This document shows positions 33,322 to 40,398 of a DNA stretch of 40,398 nt, in pieces; within the stretch, counting starts at the first letter, position 1; each line of letters begins with the position of its first letter. Position numbers and translations under genes: made by a program. The notes below the pieces were generated by a model. It saw nothing but the letters and a program-made list of their open reading frames with translations, was not told the origin of the DNA and ran no database searches. This stretch comes from Octopus bimaculoides (taxonomy: Eukaryota): contig NC_068987.1 of NCBI RefSeq assembly GCF_001194135.2, forward strand, positions 41,939,390-41,979,787, written 5' to 3'.

Positions 33322-34907
33322 CCCTTTCGTTACCAAACCGCCCAAAAAAAATTTTGGTTCATGTGACCCAGCCGCCCATAATCACCTATTCATATTTAAA
33401 TGAGAATGTCCGAGCAAATCTCGTTAGTACATTCGTGAAAACACGTGATTATTTGTGTAAACAGTTCAGCTATAGTTTTGTATGACGATCAACGCGTTNN
33501 NNNNNNNNNNNNNNNNNNNNNNNNNNNNNNNNNNNNNNNNNNNNNNNNNNNNNNNNNNNNNNNNNNNNNNNNNNNNNNNNNNNNNNNNNNNNNNNNNNNN
33601 NNNNNNNNNNNNNNNNNNNNNNNNNNNNNNNNNNNNNNNNNNNNNNNNNNNNNNNNNNNNNNNNNNNNNNNNNNNNNNNNNNNNNNNNNNNNNNNNNNNN
33701 NNNNNNNNNNNNNNNNNNNNNNNNNNNNNNNNNNNNNNNNNNNNNNNNNNNNNNNNNNNNNNNNNNNTTTTTCCAAATTTGTTCCTGTTGTGTTTTCAAA
33801 ATTTGTAATCCTGACAAAAAAATGGATACGAATTTTATTCTGTCAAGCAGCGAGTCAGAATTCGAAGGATTTTCTACTGAAGACCTCAATAAATCTAACT
33901 CTGTAACCGAAAAAAAAAAAAGCACGTGGTATTTGATAATGAATCTGCTTCATTTTCCGAAAATGAAAGCAGTGAATCCGAGAGCTCCGATGATAGCGAT
34001 AAAGATAATGAATTAGTACCTGAATGGAGTGAAAATTTAAAAACTCCTTCTTTCAGTGATTTTTCTCAAGAAACTGGACCAAGTCACAGTCTTACCCAGG
34101 AGAGTAAAGCTTTAGACTATTTCTTTTTGCTTTTTCCGATGCACCTATTTGAATTGATTACGGCGGAAACAAAGCGTTACGCTGAATGTAAACAAAGCGT
34201 AAAAAAGGATAGTTTGTGGTTTCCCACAAACGTGAATGAAATTAAAGCATATTTTGCCATGAATATTATTATGGGCATTAGAAAGTTACCCAGAANNNNN
34301 NNNNNTGCTCTGGATTTTAATTTTATACTGGCAAAAGAGACAGTAATGAATCCAGTTATGTGCACAACTCTTCTATAATAATATTTTGTTGTATACCCAA
34401 TGGTATATTTCTGTGTATCTATGTATATGGGAAAGCTTATTTAATCTAGTTGATGGTGTGTGTGTATTTTGTTTTCCAATTTTCTTCAAAGACAAATTCC
34501 AGTCTTTTGTTTTATTTATACCTTTATGGTACACCTGTCTTTTGTGTGTTAAATTCACCTGATGAATCCAGTAATGTGCACAACTCTTCTATAATAATAT
34601 TTTGTTGTATACCCAATTGAATATTAGCTAATAACCCATTTTCTATAGCGATGTTTAAAAAAAAATTTTTAATAATTTTATATTTTGTTGAATTTACCTG
34701 TAATTAGAGTCACTTTGTGACAAAAATTTTGGTATAGAATTGGTTGAGAACCTTTCGTTAAATTATCTTCCAAAAATCACATTAATATGTTGATAAATAA
34801 AAAAGTTAGAGTTGTTTAATGAAACCAGACTAAATTTATGATTATGTTAGAAATTAATTGAAACACATAAGGGGTGTATTTTGGTTAGAAATATGGTAAC
34901 GAAAGGG
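33322..34907 (+). mobile_element. Internally deleted piggyBac transposon (14-bp perfect TIRs, TTAA TSDs) with an N-terminal transposase remnant
   Basis: CCCTTTCGTTACCA at 33322-35 and TGGTAACGAAAGGG at 34894-907. TTAA at 33318-21 and 34908-11. ORFs 33822 and 33926 give an acidic N-terminus then LDYFFLLFP..LFELITAET..Y..W.PTNVNEIKAYFAMNIIMG, PGBD4-like. N gaps at 33499-33767 and about 34295-34305. Confidence 0.88.
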
Positions 34908-35244
34908 TTAATATCATCTCTAGGTTATAGTGTGCTTTCCAAAGCTCCTTTATAGATATTGGCTACCATATGCTATCGTACAACAGGAATTCTCTTTTTA
35001 CTGGATATACATGTGGAAATCTGTTAATTCACACAAAAAAATTTTAATACAAGATGGAATAAACAAGTTTTAATCTGTATCACTACAATTACTTCTGTAC
35101 ATTAGTATCAGCTGGTAATTGCTGAATGTGATCCAACAGTAGCTATGTACCTGCACTACTGGATCACCTATAACCTTCTATTGTTCTATACCCATAGTCT
35201 ATTTTTAACATCCCATTGACAAAAAGCAACACAGAAATACAAAT

Positions 35245-36373
35245 GTAGCATGTGTGTGAACAGCCATGCTACATGGCAGTGAAACATGGGTCGTGACTGC
35301 TGAGGACATGTGTAAGCTTGCAAGGAATGAAGCCAGTATGCTCCGCTGGATGTGTAATGTCAGTGTGCATACACAACAAAGTGTAAGTGACCTTGTGCAA
35401 GAGAGATGACTGCACTGGTATGGTCATGTATTGCGAATGAATGGGGACAGTTGTGTGAAAAAGTGTCACACCCTAGCAGTTGAGGGAACCTGTGGAAGAG
35501 GTAGATCCAGGAAAACCTGGGATGAGGTGATGAAGCATGACCTTTGAACATTGGGCTTTACTGAGGCAATGACAAATGACCGAGACCTTTGGAGATATGC
35601 TGTGCTTGAGAAGACCCGACAAGCCATGCCAGTGGGTGTAACCAGCCCACTTATGAATACTCCTCATTCATTGGACAATAAACTTTGGTTGTGAATGTCT
35701 ATTGAGGCAAGTGAAACCAAAATCGCTGATGTGGCCGATGACAGTACTGCCTGACTGGCACTCATGCCAGTGGAACATTAAAAGCACATCTGAACGTGGG
35801 GTGTAACTGGCCCACTTATGAGTACCCCTCATTCATTGGGCAATGAACTTTGTTTGCGAAGACCTATTGAGGTAAGTGAAAACAAAACAAATCAAAATCG
35901 CTGACGTGGCTGATGACAGTAGCACCTGATTGGCACTCGTGCTAGTCGAATGTGAAAAGCACATCCGAGTGTGATCTCTGTCAGGGCCACGGATTGGCTC
36001 ACATGCCGGTGATGCGTGAAAAGCACCATTTCAGCGCGATCATTGCTAGCATCACCTTACTGGTACATGTGCAGGTGGCACATGAAAAACAACATTTGTT
36101 GCCAGTGCTGATGGACTGGCTCCCATGCAGGTAGCACATAAAAGACACATTTTGAGCAAGGTCATTGCCAGAACCGCCCAACTGGCCCTCGTGCCGGCGG
36201 CACGTAAAAGCACCCACTACACTCTCAGAGTGGTTGGCGTTAGGAAAGGCACCCAGCTGTAGAAACTTTGCCAGATCAGATTGAGTCTGGTGCATCCTCT
36301 GGCTCACCAGTCCTCAGTCAAATCATTCAACCCATGCCAGCATGGAAAGCGGACGTTAAACGATGATGATGAT
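35245..36373 (+). mobile_element. 5'-truncated RTE LINE (3' ~1.1 kb)
   Basis: Collinear with 6760-6823 joined to 9426-10446. Ends ggacgttaaacgatgatgatgat. Confidence 0.88.
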
Positions 36374-36917
36374 AAAAGAACTATAAAAAAAAAAAAAAAA
36401 CGCATTGCTTATGGGATACTCAATATATAACTATGTATGAAAGTATATATAGGTGCAGACAAGTAAATTCTTGGTTTAATACCATTTCTTAATAACTGGT
36501 AAAGCAACTGTGATGAGACCCAAGGACAACCAAAATTAAGTTTATAAGCAGACAGTTTGGTATCCTGCAGTGGTAACAAGTTGACCTTGTGTAAATGATT
36601 CCCTTTGAAGTAGAACATTTACAGACACAAGAAATAAGGAATTCTTCCAGTTTATATATTTGACATTATAATGTGGTTATCATATCTTCAAGACATGTTT
36701 GTGCTTAGGAATAGACTGAATATGGGGCATCTTTAGTTTACATCACATATTAAAGATTTTTATTTCCATTGATTTATTTTTGGAACTTTTTATCATTTGT
36801 ATCTCAATTGTAGTGATTTGGATTAAAGTGTTTTCATTCCATCTTCTTGTATTAAAATTTATATAAACACATACATATATAATCTTAAAGAGGACAACAA
36901 CAACATAGAATATTAAC

Positions 36918-37066
36918 CTGAAACATAAAAGGAATTAGTTGTGATCTTCCTCCACTCCCTGCACTGGGTGTTAGCCGTTCTGTGTGTGTCCCAATTGAAG
37001 TCAGTTGAGATGAGGAATGTTGGCCAGAACTGACAGTCCCGGGACTACTGGTTACCTGACAACTAG
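36918..37066 (-). CDS. TPR: TPR exon, (T)SCQVTSSPGTVSSGQHSSSQLTSIGTHTERLTPSAGSGGRSQLIPFMFQ
   Basis: tcaacAG / GTTAAT, 149 nt, phase 1 to 0, joins the 32348 exon in frame. Confidence 0.75.
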
Positions 37067-38672
37067 CTGTTGAGTAAACAAACAAGAACAGAGGTGAATT
37101 ATAACAACAACAAACAGAATTATGCTATGAAGTTTTTTTATGAAATAAGAGTGATGAAAGACTGGTAGTACTTTTATGTGGGTGGAGTGAATTAAAATCA
37201 GGTTTCATTGGCTAAGACATTGGTCTGTTCCAACTAGCTTTCAGGAATGAATACCACACTATATATTTTATTGATTTATGATCAATCAACTCATCTTCTT
37301 AGAATGTCTTTCATGATCTGGAATTGATTAACTTAAAATTTTAAATTTTAAATCAAAAACAATTTTACTACTTTGTATTTTTCATAAGGAAGGTTACTTA
37401 TTGATAGATTTCCAGTATTAAATTTTTAATACATAATGTATTCCTAAAGATGTAATCATTACCTCATGTGTGCATATAAATGTTATTATCTATTTGGATT
37501 ATACATGCATGTGAGCGTAGACATCTATTAGTTTAGTCATGTGTATATGTGTCATCTGTTTTAGATCATACTTGTTCCTCATCTGAAATTTTGCCAGACA
37601 GACTATTTAAGCAAATAAATTCTAAGTAGCCGAGTGATATGGCTAGTTAAGAGAATGGCATTATTTGTGATTTGGTTAGTTAAAATTATGAAACCCTTTT
37701 GTATTTTGTTTGTACATTGAGTAGATTATATTCCACTTATTCATAAATAATTGCTGCAGTACTCTTACATTTACTGGCAGTTTCACTTTCATACAGTATT
37801 ATACACTTATGATACTATTAACCATAGTGTATCTTTAATATAGAACAGGGCAGGAATGTTTCTTGGCAAGATAACTGGACCTTGCATCTAGAATTTTAAT
37901 AGTATTCCAAACAACAAAACTTCATATATGAAATAACTGAAGTAGTTAGAGATCAACTATTCAATTTAGTAAGCTTAACTGAAAAGAATGTATTGATGAA
38001 GACAACATCACACTGTCACATCCATTAGCTAAAGCACTGCTAATATTTTATAAATTTATGTACTTGAACTACATATCATTAAGGCAGTGAGCTAGCAGAA
38101 TGATTATCACATCAGAAAAAATACTTAGAGGGCATTTCTCCTGTCTTTACACTGAGTTGAAATACTGAAGTTGAATTTGCTTTTCATCCTTTCAAGGTCA
38201 ATAAAATGAGAAACTATTGAGCACTGGGGTTAATGTAATTAACTAAGCCCCTTCCCCCAAAATTTCAGGTCTAAAGAATGTTTAAGGGTTTATATGCAGG
38301 CATGACTAAATGGTTATGAAGTTTATTTTACAAGTATGAGGTCCTAGGTTATATTCTACTTGGATGCCAAGTGGTATAAAGTGTGCGACATTACCATATG
38401 GTATAAAGTATGTGGTATTTTCAACTCAAGCCATGTCCTCCAATCGAAACTGAACTAACAGGAATTATAGGAAAATCTGTCATTTAACTATGTTCAAAAG
38501 ATCGGCCTTGCCACACACACTGTTGCACTGAGAATTATGTTAAGGATTTGTAGAATTCTTATTTTCTCTTGTCTTAGCAATTTGGTATGAGTTACATAGG
38601 TTGAAATGATTCATATATTAGTATTAGACAAGTATTTTAAAACAACTTTAATTCTTGCTAACAGCATAATTA

Positions 38673-38703
<31 letters not shown>

Positions 38704-38835
38704 CACTCATACATACACAATACAAGTAATGTATGTATACACACACAAATATACCACTTGAACAGTTCTCACTCGAAGCACAAGTCAAATGTACTCAGTA
38801 TTTAAAAATGTCTTTTTAGTGAAAAAAAGATTTAC

Positions 38836-38946
38836 TTGGCTGTTCCTGAGTTGATGTTTGCTGGGGGTCATCATTTGGGGAATCAATTTGTGTATTGCCA
38901 TCATTACCGCCATCATTATCATTGTCTTCATCAGTATTATCATCAT
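38836..38946 (-). CDS. TPR: TPR acidic exon, (D)DDNTDEDNDNDGGNDGNTQIDSPNDDPQQTSTQEQP; upstream exons are outside the window
   Basis: Long pyrimidine tract then ctAG, donor GTAAAT, 111 nt, phase 1 to 1. An acidic stretch is expected at this point in TPR. Confidence 0.75.
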
Positions 38947-38995
38947 CTAGAACAGAAAGGAAAAAAATACCCATCAAAACAAACTTTATTATAAT

Positions 38996-39167
38996 CATCA
39001 TCATCATCATTTAACATCCGTTGTCCATGCTGGCATGGGTTGGCCGGTTTGATCAGGGATGGTAAATTGAGGGCTGCACCAGACTCCAGTTTGATTTGGT
39101 ATGGTTTCTATGGCTGGATGCCCTTCCTAATGCCAACTACTCCGAGAATGTAAGGGTGCGTTTGTGC
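38996..39167 (-). mobile_element. RTE-tail SINE-like copy, minus strand
   Basis: (ATC)n then tttaacatccg...ggctggatgcccttcctaatgccaac. Confidence 0.72.
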
Positions 39168-39547
39168 ACAATGTAACAGAAATATCTATTCAGACATTTC
39201 ATTATCATCATGACTTTTAAAGGCAACCTAACAGATGTGTCTACAAAAGGTCAACTTTTTGGAATGCTAATGTCAGAGAAAATAGGAACACTGTAACTCA
39301 ATAGAGTCTGTCACTATTAAATATTTTATCATCATTGTTTTAATGTTCACTTTTCCATGCTTGCATGAGTTGGCTGGAGTTTATTGAAGCAAATTTTCTA
39401 AGTTGCCAACTTTCACCTGCTTCCAAGCAAGGTAATATTTCTTTATGGCCAAACATGCTTTCATGGAAGATTGGAAATGAATAACAAAGCTTATATGACA
39501 ATGACACTCATTTACAACTATCCTGCTATGTTAACACACAGAGACAC

Positions 39548-39710
39548 AGCAAGCTTCTTTCAGGTTCTGTCTATCAAGTTCACTTACAAAGCTTTGGTTA
39601 GCCTGGGGCTATAGTAGAGACACTTGCCCAAAGCACAATGCAGTGGGACTGAGCCCAAAACCATGTGGTTGGGAAGCAAACTTCTTAATAACACAGCTAT
39701 GCCTGCACCT
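39548..39710 (-). mobile_element. tRNA-derived SINE head, degraded, minus strand
   Basis: Its reverse complement aligns with 39994-40155. Confidence 0.75.
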
Positions 39711-39712
39711 TA

Positions 39713-39960
39713 TCTATAAAGCTGAGAATGTGTATTTGTCTGCCTGTGTGCATCACTAAAACTTGAGAACTACCCAACGAATTTCATTCAAATTTTACAC
39801 ATGCCTTACTTAGAGTCCATGCAGTGTCATGGGCCCAAAAAATTTAACTTCTTGCCTAATGCGAGCCCAGAGCAATCTCTTACCTCTTACAGTTTATGTA
39901 TTGTGTAAAAAGTGAAACAATAACATCTCTATTAATACTTTCACTATTATATGGTTTTAA
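39713..39960 (+). mobile_element. Possible non-autonomous Helitron 5' remnant
   Basis: Starts A/TCTATAAAGCTGAG followed by tgtgt-rich sequence, resembling Helitron-N 5' ends. No CTRR 3' end located. Confidence 0.35.
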
Positions 39961-39993
39961 TTTCAATTACTTCCATTAAGTACATATATATAT

Positions 39994-40398
39994 GGCATAG
40001 GAGTGGCTGTGTGGTAAGTAGCTTGCTTACCAACCACACGGTCCCGGGTTCAGTCCCACTGCGTGGCATCTTGGGCAAGTGTCTTCTACTATAGCCTCGG
40101 GCTGACCAAAGCCTTGTGAGTGGATTTGGTAGACGGAAACTGAAAGAAGCCCGTCGTATATATGTATATATATATATATGTGTATGTGTGTATGTGTTTG
40201 TCCCCCCAACATCGCTTGACAACCGATGCTGGTGTGTTTATGTCCCCGTAACTTAGCGGTTCGGCAAAAGAGACCGATAGAATAAATATTAGGCTTCCAA
40301 AGAATAAGTCCTGGGGTCGATTTGCACGACTAAAGGCGGTGCTCCAGCATGGCCACAGTCAAAAGACTGAAACAAGTAAAAGAGTAAAGAGTAAAGAG
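39994..40398 (+). mobile_element. Near full-length tRNA-derived SINE with internal (TA/TG)n and a GAGTAAA tail
   Basis: A box TGGCTGTGTGG at 40004-14, B box GGTTCAGTCCC at 40047-57, tail (gagtaaa)n running to the window end. Confidence 0.85.

Noticed and set aside
4507-38934. Other CTGATGA motifs (about 4507, 15853, 23989, 24909, 33246 minus, 35910, 38928 minus) as hammerheads
   Set aside because: None has a pairing stem II followed by GAAA and a UH triplet. Most lie in coding or SINE sequence.
1-40398. CRISPR arrays, rRNA, prokaryotic operons or defence systems
   Set aside because: None seen. The window is spliceosomal eukaryotic DNA and the tandem repeats lack a repeat-spacer structure.

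Overview
AT-rich eukaryotic genomic DNA with five N gaps. The repeat content (RTE LINEs, tRNA-derived SINEs, TTAA MITEs) looks like an octopus or other cephalopod genome; that attribution is inferred, not verified. Two intron-rich genes point tail to tail. On the + strand are the last six exons of a cyclophilin E / Cyp33 (PPIE) gene, 1740-21695, which splice to 176 aa with an intact active site. On the - strand are the last nine exons of nucleoprotein TPR/Megator, 38946-23725, about 405 aa in one continuous frame. The clearest signal not visible in the ORF track is a U12-type AT-AC minor-spliceosome intron in PPIE (13262-14185). The introns are full of mobile DNA: a Gypsy 3' end plus a solo LTR with a 5-bp TSD, a degraded near-full-length RTE LINE split by an unclassified hairpin-ended insertion with an 8-bp TSD, a deleted Tc1/mariner, a deleted piggyBac with related MITEs, a Helentron-type element and many SINEs. 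There is also a candidate minimal hammerhead ribozyme at 952-994. I see no solid evidence for a wholly new multi-gene system. The best leads are the U12 intron, the hammerhead and the hairpin-ended insertion.
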